Shown here piece by piece: positions 8,251 to 17,837 of a DNA stretch of 61,409 bases. Below the pieces are notes generated by a model. The model had not been told where the DNA came from. It saw only the letters and a program-made list of their open reading frames with translations, and did no database searches. This stretch comes from Candidatus Kerfeldbacteria bacterium CG08_land_8_20_14_0_20_40_16 (GTDB lineage Bacteria; Patescibacteriota; Patescibacteriia; UM-FILTER-42-10), in the NCBI GenBank assembly GCA_002774635.1, contig PEXU01000049.1, positions 1 to 61,409 of the forward strand. The letters run 5' to 3'. The stretch's first letter is position 1. Each line of letters opens with the position of its first letter. The translations under genes were made by a program, and so were the position numbers.

Positions 8251-8760
8251 ATGTTTAAAAAAGTCACTCTAATCGCCATGTTTTTGGCGCTTTTTTTGTT
8301 GATCAGTGGCTTTGGCGGCTGCGGAAAGAAAGCCGCGGAAAAAGCCACAGAAAAAGCCATTGAAACGGTCACTAACGGACAGGCGGATGTAGATGTAAGC
8401 GACAACACCGTCACTATTAATACTAATACGGGATCTTATCAAGCAGGCGGTAATGTAGATTTACCATCAGATTTTCCTGACGATGTCTATGTTGTTGACG
8501 GCAATATTACCGCAGCAATTACTTCTGTTGAAAACAATGGATACACTGTTTCTATCGAAACCACCCAATCAGTCAACGACCTGGCAACTTTATACGAACA
8601 GAAGCTAAAAGATGAGGGCTGGACCATTACTTTAACTATGGCCTATGAAGGTACTGCCTCAGTTGGCGGTGAAAAGGATAACCGGATGGTTTCAGTCGGT
8701 ATGAATCCCAACGAGGAAGGAAAAACAATAGTAGTTATCACCACTTCTGAAACAAACTAA
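8251..8760 (+). CDS. lipoprotein, unknown function
   Basis: Signal peptide with lipobox LISGFGGC. Confidence 0.6.
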   Translation: MFKKVTLIAMFLALFLLISGFGGCGKKAAEKATEKAIETVTNGQADVDVSDNTVTINTNTGSYQAGGNVDLPSDFPDDVYVVDGNITAAITSVENNGYTVSIETTQSVNDLATLYEQKLKDEGWTITLTMAYEGTASVGGEKDNRMVSVGMNPNEEGKTIVVITTSETN

Positions 8761-8773
8761 TTAATTCAGTAAA

Positions 8774-8874
8774 CCCCGTTAGAAGCTCATGCGGAGCGTT
8801 AAAACCCACGTTCGCTAATTTATTAAGCATTCATCCCCACGGCAAGACCGTGAGGCATTCCGCTTCTAACGGGG
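8774..8874. repeat. 101-bp element bounded by 13-bp perfect inverted repeats
   Basis: ccccgttagaagc (8774-8786) and gcttctaacgggg (8862-8874). The 15-mer ttctaacggggtgaa (8864-8878) recurs at 45675-45689. Confidence 0.7.
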
Positions 8875-9240
8875 TGAAAGCAGGCAAATAAACCTAATTC
8901 ACTTTTCCTTGAGTTAAAATGAATCAGGATGGACATTTTCGCCTGCTTTTTGCTTTTTTGCCACCTTTCCCCTCCTTTTTGGGTAGGTGGAAAAAATGTA
9001 GAAAAAAAGCCCTTGCTCGGCTCAATTCAAAAGTGGTAAGATGGTTAAGAATTAGGAAGTTAGCTTGTAGCTGGTAGCTTGCGGAAGCAAGCCGCTAGCA
9101 ACCCTCCTTCCTAACTCTATAGCTCATTATTGTTCTATTGTTCTATTATTACGAACATGAAACAATAGGGCAATCAAGTAACCAAACAACTTAGTCTAAA
9201 AACCTACAAGCTACAAGCTAATTCCTACAAGCTAAACAAA

Positions 9241-10644
9241 ATGGCTAAAGAAACAACCGAGATAAGAGAAAACATCCCTCCTCATAATATCGAAGCAGAG
9301 CAAGCGGTTTTGGGCTCACTATTAATCGATAAGGATGCAATTGTTCGCATTGCCGATTTAGTGCATCCTGATGATTTTTATAAAGATGGACATCGGCTTA
9401 TCTTTGAAACCATGCTGGAACTGTACAATCAAAGGGAGCCGATTGACATTCTTAACCTCGCCAACCGTTTGACGGAAAAAGAATTGTTAGATTCTATTGG
9501 GGGTAGAAGCTACTTAATGAGTCTTGCCAATATTGTTCCAACGGCCAGCAACGTCGCCAATTATGCCAATATTGTCCAAAAAAAGGCAACGCTTAGAAGG
9601 TTAATTCAAAGCGCTCAACAGATTACCGGCTGGGGATACGAAGAAACGGAAGATATTAATATTATTTTGGATAAGGCCGAGCAAGCGCTTTTTAAGGTTT
9701 CACAAAAATATCTCAGACAAAATTTTATACCAATTAGGAGCGCTCTTACCGAGGCTTTTGACCGAATTGACGAACTACACCGAGAAGGCGGAAAATTACG
9801 AGGAATTCCGACCGGCTTTGTTGATTTAGATAATAAATTAGCCGGCCTTCAAAAATCCGATCTGATTATCATAGCTTCTCGCCCCAGCGTGGGAAAAACT
9901 TCACTGGCCTTGGATATTGTCCGACAAGTGGCCGTAAAATCAAAGATTCCGGTTGGAATCTTCAGCTTAGAAATGTCAAAAGAACAACTTGTAGATAGAA
10001 TGCTCTGTTCAGAAGCAAACGTCGATTTATGGAAAATGCGCACCGGCAAGCTCTCTGATCGGGAAGAAGACGACGATTTCCCCCGTATCGGCAATGCTAT
10101 AGGAGTATTATCCGAAGCGCCAATTTTTATTGATGATTCCGCCTCCTCTAATGTAATGGAGATAAGGACCAAGGCCAGAAGACTGCAAGCAGAGCAGGAT
10201 CTGGGCCTTCTGATTGTGGACTACCTCCAACTGATGGAGGGAGGAAGCACTTTCAAGGATAACCGTGTTCAGGAAATCGCCGAGATTACCCGTTCCTTAA
10301 AAGCGATTGCTCGGGAATTGAATATTCCGGTTATTGCTTTATCTCAGCTTTCTAGAGCAGTAGAATCCAGAAGTCCGTCTATTCCCAAGCTGGCGGATTT
10401 AAGAGAATCTGGGTCTATTGAGCAAGATGCCGATGTGGTAATATTCATCTATCGCGAGGTAATGGACAAAACGGTAAGAAGAGATGATTCAGAAAGAAGA
10501 AATATCGCCGAAATCCACATTGCTAAACACCGCAACGGTCCTACCGGAGTGATTGAACTGTTTTTTGACGAAGAAAAAGTGAGTTTTAAAAATCTTGCCA
10601 AAAAAATAGAAGAGGAAACAGTTACTGAATCTACTCCTTTTTAG
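9241..10644 (+). CDS. dnaB: replicative DNA helicase DnaB
   Basis: PPHNIEAEQAVLGSLL N-terminal motif, Walker A ASRPSVGKTS, and RecA-like C-terminal domain. Confidence 0.95.
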   Translation: MAKETTEIRENIPPHNIEAEQAVLGSLLIDKDAIVRIADLVHPDDFYKDGHRLIFETMLELYNQREPIDILNLANRLTEKELLDSIGGRSYLMSLANIVPTASNVANYANIVQKKATLRRLIQSAQQITGWGYEETEDINIILDKAEQALFKVSQKYLRQNFIPIRSALTEAFDRIDELHREGGKLRGIPTGFVDLDNKLAGLQKSDLIIIASRPSVGKTSLALDIVRQVAVKSKIPVGIFSLEMSKEQLVDRMLCSEANVDLWKMRTGKLSDREEDDDFPRIGNAIGVLSEAPIFIDDSASSNVMEIRTKARRLQAEQDLGLLIVDYLQLMEGGSTFKDNRVQEIAEITRSLKAIARELNIPVIALSQLSRAVESRSPSIPKLADLRESGSIEQDADVVIFIYREVMDKTVRRDDSERRNIAEIHIAKHRNGPTGVIELFFDEEKVSFKNLAKKIEEETVTESTPF

Positions 10645-10717
10645 GAATTAGGATTTGGGGTTTAGTTAAAAAACTCCAGGTACTAATCCCTACACCCTAA
10701 ACCCTAAACCCTATTTC

Positions 10718-11014
10718 ATGTTTAACAAACTTAAGCAAATCAAAGACTTAAGAGATCAAGCTAAAGAACTTCAAGGCCAGTTAGGCCAAGAGACTGTTTC
10801 TACCTCATCAGAAGAGGGGAAAATAAATCTGGTGATGGACGGCAATCAGCAGGTAGTGGGATTAGAAATTGATCCCCAACTCCTTAATATTGAGCAGAAG
10901 GAAACTCTGGAAAGAGGGCTAAAAGAGGCTTACAATGAAGCCGTTAAGAAAGTACAACGGATTATCGCTCAAAAAATCCAAGGCGGAAATTTCAACTTAC
11001 CAAATATTGGATAA
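10718..11014 (+). CDS. YbaB/EbfC-family nucleoid-associated protein
   Basis: 98 aa with the typical coiled N-terminus and a VVGLEIDPQLL core. Sits upstream of recR as in most bacteria. Confidence 0.85.
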   Translation: MFNKLKQIKDLRDQAKELQGQLGQETVSTSSEEGKINLVMDGNQQVVGLEIDPQLLNIEQKETLERGLKEAYNEAVKKVQRIIAQKIQGGNFNLPNIG

Positions 11015-11074
11015 CGGCAGATAGAAAGCGGATAAGGCTTAGTGATTTACAACTAACGACCTACGACCTACAAA

Positions 11075-11677
11075 ATGTCTAGATTTCCAGAAACAATTCA
11101 AAACCTGATCGAAGAATTTAATAAACTGCCGGGAATCGGACCCAAAACCTCGGAGCGGTTTATTTTTTATTTACTCAAACAGCCAACGGAAGAATTAGAT
11201 AAACTAGCGGAAAGAATAAAGCATCTAAAAGAAAAGATTACTACTTGCCCAATCTGCTACAACCTTACCGACACCACCCCCTGTGCTATCTGTTCCGATT
11301 CAAGAAGAGACCAAAAAACTATCTGCGTAGTTTCCGAAAGCCCAGATGTAATCGCAATTGAAAAAACAAGTAAGTACCAGGGCGTCTATCATGTTTTGGG
11401 TGGAGTAATCAACCAAATTGAGGGGATCGGCCCCGAGCAATTAAAAATCAAGGAATTAGTGAATAGAATCAAGAAAGACAGGATTAAAGAAATTATTCTG
11501 GCCACCAACCCTGATTTAGAAGGTGAATCAACCGCCCTTTACTTAGCGAGACTACTAAAACCAACGAAAATAAGAATAACCAGGATAGGAAGGGGGCTAC
11601 CGATGGGAAGCAATATTGAATACGCTGATGAGGTAACATTGGCTAATGCTCTCGCGGGAAGAGGAGAAATAAACTGA
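11075..11677 (+). CDS. recR: recombination protein RecR
   Basis: HhH LPGIGPKTSERF, Zn finger CPICYN...CAIC, and Toprim domain. Confidence 0.95.
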   Translation: MSRFPETIQNLIEEFNKLPGIGPKTSERFIFYLLKQPTEELDKLAERIKHLKEKITTCPICYNLTDTTPCAICSDSRRDQKTICVVSESPDVIAIEKTSKYQGVYHVLGGVINQIEGIGPEQLKIKELVNRIKKDRIKEIILATNPDLEGESTALYLARLLKPTKIRITRIGRGLPMGSNIEYADEVTLANALAGRGEIN

Positions 11678-11687
11678 CGATAAATCA

Positions 11688-11725
11688 AAGAAGGTGAACA
11701 AGCGCTTGTTCACCTTCTTTTTGTT
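11688..11725. terminator. bidirectional terminator between recR and rplU
   Basis: gaaggtgaacaagc/gcttgttcaccttc long stem flanked by an A-run and a T-run. Confidence 0.7.
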
Positions 11726-11737
11726 CCGGCAATTTTT

Positions 11738-12055
11738 CTAAGCGCTAATCTTTTCGATTCTTAATTTAGTATACCACTGGCGGTGCCCCCTTTTTCTTCG
11801 ATACCGGACTTTGGATTTATACTTAATAACCATTATTTTCTTATCCTTTTTTTCTTCCAGCACCTTAGCGGTAACCTCGGCTCCTTTTACTTTAGGAGTA
11901 CCAACTGATACTTTTTTTGCTGCTTCATCTGATACCAAGAGCACGTCTTTAAAAACTACCTCGTTTCCCTCTTTTTTGCCAAGTTTTTCCACCTTAATAA
12001 TATCTTTTTCTTTTACCTTATATTGTTTTCCTCCGGTTTTGATGATTGCAATCAT
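11738..12055 (-). CDS. rplU: 50S ribosomal protein L21
   Basis: MIAIIKTGGKQYKVKEKD N-terminus. Confidence 0.9.
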   Translation of the reverse strand: MIAIIKTGGKQYKVKEKDIIKVEKLGKKEGNEVVFKDVLLVSDEAAKKVSVGTPKVKGAEVTAKVLEEKKDKKIMVIKYKSKVRYRRKRGHRQWYTKLRIEKISA

Positions 12056-12120
12056 AAATTTATTTCAGTTAGTTTAAAATAATTCTAATCTTTCATTTCA
12101 CTTTTGTCAATCGCATCACT

Positions 12121-13233
12121 TCAAGTCAAGCTTCCCTTGTTCTTTTTGTAACGGTAAACCAGTACCAAAGAAATAGCCAATGTCAGCATTATAATTAGTA
12201 AAACGATTAGAGCCGCCAATTTCCCTTTGGTTTTCAAAAACAATGATGTAACTCCAAATAAAAGAGTCACTAAATATAAAAACAGTACCGCTTGTCGGTG
12301 CGACAATCCAATATCCAGTAATCTAAAATGAAGGTGCTTTTTATCTCCCCAGAAAGGAGATTTTTTTTCCTTGAGCACTCTTCTCAAAACCACCCAAATT
12401 GCGTCCAAAATAGGAATACCCATTATCAATAAAGCTGTGGCAATTTTGGCTCCGCTAATAATCGCTAATACTCCCAGCATAAATCCGATAAAAGTGGATC
12501 CTCCTTCTCCTAGAAAAATGCGTGCCGGGTGAAAGCTAAAGAAAATAAAACCTAATAAAGCTCCCCCCAAAATAATAGAGACCAATGCTGTTTCTGGTTG
12601 GGCAACTGTTTTTGTCAGACTTAAGACAAATATCACAAATGAACCAATCGCTCCTACCCCTGGCACCAATCCATCTAATCCATCTAGGAACTTGGTTGTG
12701 TAAACCATTAATAGAAGCCAGATAAATACCAAAAGATCAGCCCATAACGTAAAGTAATAAGGAATTCCCCCAATATTAAATAGTTCTATTTTCACTGTAT
12801 CGAGATATAAAGTTCCGCCAAAGGGATTAGTAATATAGGGGATGCCGATTCCGGAAGCAACAATTACCAATGAAGCTATTAAAGGCCAGATAATCTGTTT
12901 CTGGGGTTTTAAATCGTATTTATCATCTAAATAACCGCCTACCATTAATAAAGTACCGGCCAAGATAATTCCCATAATATGTTTGAGTAACATATAGCCG
13001 CCTAAAATACGATCGGTGAAAAAAGTGTAAAAAAGCAATACTATAGAAAAACTCAAAAAAATAGCTATTCCTCCCAATAAAGGAACTGATTTACTCTGTA
13101 TTTTTCTTTCCGGATAAATATGAGGATCATCTACGATATTTCTATTTAAAGCAAAACGTCTGACCAATGGTGTCATTAAAACCGTTATCAAAAACGCTGC
13201 TAAAAATGGAATAAGATAAAATTGATAATTCAT
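12121..13233 (-). CDS. glycosyltransferase family 4 (MraY/WecA-type polyprenyl-phosphate sugar-1-P transferase)
   Basis: 10-11 TM helices, DDKYDL and KFLDGLDGL motifs. Confidence 0.8.
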   Translation of the reverse strand: MNYQFYLIPFLAAFLITVLMTPLVRRFALNRNIVDDPHIYPERKIQSKSVPLLGGIAIFLSFSIVLLFYTFFTDRILGGYMLLKHIMGIILAGTLLMVGGYLDDKYDLKPQKQIIWPLIASLVIVASGIGIPYITNPFGGTLYLDTVKIELFNIGGIPYYFTLWADLLVFIWLLLMVYTTKFLDGLDGLVPGVGAIGSFVIFVLSLTKTVAQPETALVSIILGGALLGFIFFSFHPARIFLGEGGSTFIGFMLGVLAIISGAKIATALLIMGIPILDAIWVVLRRVLKEKKSPFWGDKKHLHFRLLDIGLSHRQAVLFLYLVTLLFGVTSLFLKTKGKLAALIVLLIIMLTLAISLVLVYRYKKNKGSLT

Positions 13234-13646
13234 TGATTATTTTGTCTGTCTAAGTATCCTTGTAAAATTAATATGGCCGACTGCTGGTCAATGGCCTCTT
13301 TTTTTTTGGCTTTTTTTGAAGGGTTATCTCTAAGAAGACGGCTGGACAGCCTGCTGGTTAATCTTTCATCCTCTAATTCCACCGGCAGATTTAAATAAGA
13401 GTTCAATTTGTTGGCAAAATCCTCACATTCTTTCGCTTTTTTTTCTCTTTCTCCCTTTAGATTCAAAGGTAAGCCAACTATAATTTTCTCTACTTTTTCT
13501 TGCTGGACAATTATTTTTAGGTTATCAAAAACAAAAAATTTATTTCTGTTCTCAAGGACTTGATAAGGAAAAGCATATTTCCCTTTCTCGTCAGAGATGG
13601 CGATTCCGATTCTTTTTTTTCCATAATCTAGGCCTAAAATGCGCAT
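13230..13646 (-). CDS. ruvX: Holliday-junction resolvase-like RuvX/YqgF
   Basis: MRILGLDYGKKRIGIAISD. ATG at 13646 preferred over the track start at 13718. Overlaps the downstream gene by 4 nt. Confidence 0.85.
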   Translation of the reverse strand: MRILGLDYGKKRIGIAISDEKGKYAFPYQVLENRNKFFVFDNLKIIVQQEKVEKIIVGLPLNLKGEREKKAKECEDFANKLNSYLNLPVELEDERLTSRLSSRLLRDNPSKKAKKKEAIDQQSAILILQGYLDRQNNQ

Positions 13647-13748
13647 AGGGATTGACAAAATTTTAATAATAGTATATAATTGTTTGTTAAATTGATCTTT
13701 TGACATAAACAATAACAAACAAGAAGGTTAGGAAAGGAGGTTTCTTTA

Positions 13749-14425
13749 ATGAAACCTATACTTTGGTGGATCTCTGCTGTATTTCTCATTCTCGTATTGC
13801 TATCCATCTTCTCTGGCCTGGGTTCTGTCCTGGTTGAATGGTTCAGAACGTACTCATTGATTTTGTACGCATATCCTCTTCAGACAAAAATCATAACCGC
13901 TCTGATTCTTAGTCTGATGGGAGACATTCTGGCTCAGAAGATAGAAAGAAGAAAGAAGATTCCCGGAGAGAGAAGAATAGACAAGAGAAGACTCGCTTAC
14001 GTTCCTTTACTCCTCATGACTCTAAACGGCTTTCTGGCTCACTTCTGGTTCGGTCTTTTGGAACTTCTGATGCCGGGGGCAAGCTTTAGTCACGCCGCTT
14101 CAAAAGTCATCATCCACGCCATCATTTGGACACCTTTCTTCCATTTCCTGAACTTCTCGGGTATGATATTCTTTTCTAAGAAATCCATCCGAGAAGCTTT
14201 TTCCAGAGGAATTCTCAAAGAGTTCGGCGAAAAATACGCCGTGCTTTTTGGCCGACCTACAAGAGAGACCTTTTACTCTGGACAGGAATAGTAAATCCGA
14301 TCAGCTTCTTTTTACTGCCTCTGGACTTCAGGCCCATTCTCGCTGCTTTGGTTTGCATCCCCTGGATTGCCTACTTATCTTGGGTTGGACACCAAACTGC
14401 GAACCGTACCCCAGCTACTTCTTAG
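13749..14425 (+). pseudogene. Mpv17/PMP22-family membrane protein, interrupted by a -1 frameshift at a T5 run (about 14245-14249)
   Basis: Frame 0 gives LMGDILAQKIERR...NGFLAHFWFGLLE, which resembles the human MPV17 N-half. From 14249 a different frame gives WPTYKRDLLLWTGIVNPISFFLLPLDFRPILAALVCIPWIAYLSW, which resembles the MPV17 C-half. The stop is at 14423-14425, inside a terminator loop. Confidence 0.7.
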
Positions 14426-14448
14426 AGAAATCTAAGCATTAGCTGGGG
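14409..14448 (+). terminator. terminator hairpin after the Mpv17-like gene
   Basis: ccccagcta (14409-14417) pairs with tagctgggg (14440-14448), then ttcttcatt. Confidence 0.55.
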
Positions 14449-14496
14449 TTCTTCATTAATTGTAAATATTTCATTTTCAAAAGACAAATTTTCTAA

Positions 14497-15264
14497 CTAT
14501 AAAGGAGTTAAAATCTCACAACCGTTTTTGGTTACAGCTACTGTATGTTCAAAATGAGCCGACACAGAATTATCCTTGGTAATGATTTTCCAGCCGTCTG
14601 GCGCTGTTTCCACTTCACTTCCACCCAGATTAACCATCGGTTCAATAGCAATGGTCATACCCTCTTTTAATTCTGTTCCGGTATGCGGTTCTCCGAAATT
14701 TGGTATTCTCGGCTCCTCGTGAACGTTTTTTCCTATTCCATGCCCCACCAGTTGAGTTACCACGGAAAATCCCTGTTTTGCAACATATTTTTGGATGGCG
14801 GCGCCGATATCACCGGTATATCCCCCTTCTTTCACTTTTTTTATTCCGATGGAAAGCGCTTTCCTGGTCACTTGAATCAGTTTTTCCTTTTCAGAAGAAA
14901 TTCTACCAATGCCGACTGTTCGCGCCATATCAGTACAAAATCCTTTATAGCGCACCCCGGCGTCAATCCCGATAATATCTCCTTTTTTCAAAATTCTGTT
15001 TGCACTGGGAATGGTATGCACCACTTCTTCGTTGAGGGAAGTGCAAATCGAAGCAGGATAAGGATTATCTTCGGAATGGGATTGGTATCCCAGAAAGGCG
15101 GGTTCTCCTCCTAACTGGCGAATAAGCTTCTCGGCTAGTAAATCAAGCTCTTTAGTAGAAATGCCCGGTTTCGCTGCATTAACCACTTTTTTCAGCACCG
15201 TTGCCAAAATCTTTCCCCCTTCCTGCATAACTTTTATTTCCCGTTGATTCTTGATAGTAATCAT
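14497..15264 (-). CDS. map: methionine aminopeptidase type I
   Basis: Metal ligands in the context DIIGIDAGV..., HGIG and IEPM. Operon position after adk. Confidence 0.95.
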   Translation of the reverse strand: MITIKNQREIKVMQEGGKILATVLKKVVNAAKPGISTKELDLLAEKLIRQLGGEPAFLGYQSHSEDNPYPASICTSLNEEVVHTIPSANRILKKGDIIGIDAGVRYKGFCTDMARTVGIGRISSEKEKLIQVTRKALSIGIKKVKEGGYTGDIGAAIQKYVAKQGFSVVTQLVGHGIGKNVHEEPRIPNFGEPHTGTELKEGMTIAIEPMVNLGGSEVETAPDGWKIITKDNSVSAHFEHTVAVTKNGCEILTPL

Positions 15265-15929
15265 TCCTTAATAAAATCACTCTTGTTTATTTTTTGAAAT
15301 ATTTCCTCTTTTACCGCCGGGATACTCTGCTCACCATTAATCCTGATCAAAATTTTTTGCTTCCAATATCTTTTTAAAAGGATTTCGGTATTCTGATGAT
15401 AGATTGCTAAGCGCTGTCTGGTTATTTCCTCTTGATCATCCTTTCTTTGAAACAGCTTCTTGCCGCATTGATCACAAATTCCTTGCTGTTGGGGGGGATT
15501 AAAATCGATATGGTAAGTCATACCGCAAGCGCAAACTCTTCGGCCAGATATTCGGCGAATCGACTCTTTATCCGAAATAGCAATTTCAAAGACCGCATCA
15601 ATTTTAGCCATCTTATCCAAAGCTTCGGCTTGTATTTCGTTCCGAGGATAACCGTCTAAAACGAATCCTTCTTGAGCATCTTTCTCCTTTAAACGTTTCG
15701 CCACCAATTGATTAGTTATTTTATCAGGCACCAATTTTCCTTTAAAACTATACTGACTCGCCAATTTCCCCAATTCTGTTTGCTCTTCAATATTCTGGCG
15801 ATAGATATTACCAGTAGAAATCCAGGGGATGCCCAGTTCTTTAGAAAGAAATTCCGCTTGAGTTCCTTTACCGGAACCTTGAGGACCGAAGATCACTATT
15901 TTTCTAATTGATGTTTTTAGCTTGGTCAT
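15261..15929 (-). CDS. adk: adenylate kinase
   Basis: P-loop GPQGSGKGTQ and a Zn-lid CxxC...CxxC. Confidence 0.95.
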   Translation of the reverse strand: MTKLKTSIRKIVIFGPQGSGKGTQAEFLSKELGIPWISTGNIYRQNIEEQTELGKLASQYSFKGKLVPDKITNQLVAKRLKEKDAQEGFVLDGYPRNEIQAEALDKMAKIDAVFEIAISDKESIRRISGRRVCACGMTYHIDFNPPQQQGICDQCGKKLFQRKDDQEEITRQRLAIYHQNTEILLKRYWKQKILIRINGEQSIPAVKEEIFQKINKSDFIKE

Positions 15930-16011
15930 ATCTGAATTATAACGATTTATGTTCTAAAAACAAAGTCCGAGGAGCATTCCTCGGTACAATCTAGCTTAAT
16001 TATTTTCATTT

Positions 16012-17328
16012 TCAAAACCCTTCATATTCTCTCATCACCAACTTTGATTCTACTTGTTTCACAGTTTCTAATACCACGCTAACCACAATCAAAAGACTGG
16101 TTCCTCCTAATATCAAAGTTTGAATATTGGTTGCCGCTTGCATAATGTATGGTAGAACGGCAATCACTCCTAAAAATAACGCGCCGGTTAATAGAATTCT
16201 GTTTGATACATAATTTAAGTAAGCAGCAGTGGGCCGGCCTGGCCGGATGCCCGGAACAAATCCTCCTTGTTTTTGAAGGTTTTCTGAAATCTGATCCGGG
16301 TGAAAAATAACAGCGGTGTAAAAATAAGTAAAAGCCACCACAAAAATGAAGTAAATCAATCCATAATAAAACTGGTTGTTAAAGAGATTGATGACTGCTT
16401 GCGAAACCGTTGCGATCCAAGCCGTAGAAGAATTGGCAAAAAACCGAGCAACCATAGAAGGAATCAACACAATGGAAATAGCGAAGATAATGGGAATAAC
16501 CCCAGCCTGATTAACTCTAAGCGGCAAATGAGTGTTAACTCCGCCGTAAACCTTATTCCCCCTGATCCGACGCGCATAGGAAACCGGGATGTTCCTTTGT
16601 CCCTCCGTAATAATTACCACTCCTCCGATGGTAATAATAGCTATGATTATAAAGATTAAATAAGTAAAAATCTTACTGGGATCAAAAACAGCAAACGTTT
16701 GTTGAAGAGAGCGCGGAAGACCGGCTATAATTCCAGCAAAGATTAGTAAGCTGATTCCGTTTCCAATTCCTTTTTCAGAAATAAGTTCTCCTAGCCACAT
16801 GAGGAAAATACTGCCCGCTGCAATCATAATGATTGCTGAAGCAAGCTGGAATAGACTAATATCACCAATAACCCCACCCGGAACGCCCGCCCCCACGGCA
16901 AAACTCTGACCACTTCTTTTTAATAAAGTAATTGTGGCATAGGCTTGCATGGCGGCCAGCGGTACAGTTAGGATCCGAGTGTACTGATTGATTTTTGCCC
17001 GGCCTGATTCTCCTTCTTTCTGTAGTTCTTCTAACCGCGGAATAATCATGGCCAACAACTGAAAAATAATAGAAGCGGTAATATAAGGCCCTAATCCCAA
17101 CATCACTACTGAGAAATTTTCTAAGGCTCCACCGGAAAAAAGATTTAAAAGTCCTAATACTTGATTAGATCCTAAAAAGTTTTTTAGGTTTTCAACATCC
17201 ACTCCCGGGACAGGGACATGCGCCGCTATTCTAAATACTAATAACAAACCCAGGATATAAAGAATTTTATTTCTGATATCCTTGACTTTCCAAAGTTGAG
17301 TTATTTTTTCAATAACCTTCCCAGCCAT
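16012..17328 (-). CDS. secY: preprotein translocase SecY
   Basis: 10-TM protein with the typical N-terminus IRNKILYILGLLLVFRI. Operon position. Confidence 0.95.
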   Translation of the reverse strand: MAGKVIEKITQLWKVKDIRNKILYILGLLLVFRIAAHVPVPGVDVENLKNFLGSNQVLGLLNLFSGGALENFSVVMLGLGPYITASIIFQLLAMIIPRLEELQKEGESGRAKINQYTRILTVPLAAMQAYATITLLKRSGQSFAVGAGVPGGVIGDISLFQLASAIIMIAAGSIFLMWLGELISEKGIGNGISLLIFAGIIAGLPRSLQQTFAVFDPSKIFTYLIFIIIAIITIGGVVIITEGQRNIPVSYARRIRGNKVYGGVNTHLPLRVNQAGVIPIIFAISIVLIPSMVARFFANSSTAWIATVSQAVINLFNNQFYYGLIYFIFVVAFTYFYTAVIFHPDQISENLQKQGGFVPGIRPGRPTAAYLNYVSNRILLTGALFLGVIAVLPYIMQAATNIQTLILGGTSLLIVVSVVLETVKQVESKLVMREYEGF

Positions 17329-17333
17329 TACTT

Positions 17334-17834
17334 TTACTTTTTGTTATCTAATTTTTTCTTATTCTCTCTATCAGGTGCTTTTTTGATGATATTAACAGCT
17401 CCACCTGCCTTTTTTATAGCATCTTCTGCGGATTTAGAAAAGCGGTGGGCGGTAACTATAAATTTTTTCTTTAATTCCCCACCTCCTAATACCTTGAGTT
17501 CATTGCCGTTATTAGCAACTAATTCAGAATTTAGAAGTTTTTTTAGATTAATAGTTTCTCCATCTGAAAAGTAATTGTTCAATTGACCAATGTTGACAAT
17601 ATTCATTTTCGGACTAATACTCTTGAATCCTCTTGCTTTCGGGATCTGGCTAATAAAAGCGGGCGACTTTTTGCCTCGATGTCCGGCCTTGCGGCGGCCG
17701 CCGGAACGAGATTTCTGTCCTTTTTGTCCTCTGCCTCCATAAGTTCCGCCCTTACTAGAATTTCCTCGTCCTACTCTTTTTTTTCTTTTTTGAGAAGAGG
17801 GATGTGATTTAAGTTGTGATAACGATAATGCCAT
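17334..17834 (-). CDS. rplO: 50S ribosomal protein L15
   Basis: RVGRGNSSKGGTYGGRGQKGQKSR motif. Confidence 0.95.
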   Translation of the reverse strand: MALSLSQLKSHPSSQKRKKRVGRGNSSKGGTYGGRGQKGQKSRSGGRRKAGHRGKKSPAFISQIPKARGFKSISPKMNIVNIGQLNNYFSDGETINLKKLLNSELVANNGNELKVLGGGELKKKFIVTAHRFSKSAEDAIKKAGGAVNIIKKAPDRENKKKLDNKK

Positions 17835-17837
17835 TTT

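Noticed and set aside
10695-10712. Telomere-like (CCCTAAA)n
   Set aside because: Only 2.5 units, internal to a bacterial operon leader. It is better explained as one arm of a leader dyad.
14248-14442. 64-aa ORF after the Mpv17-like gene
   Set aside because: Wrong frame. The third frame continues the Mpv17/PMP22 homology, so this ORF is a by-product of the frameshifted gene.
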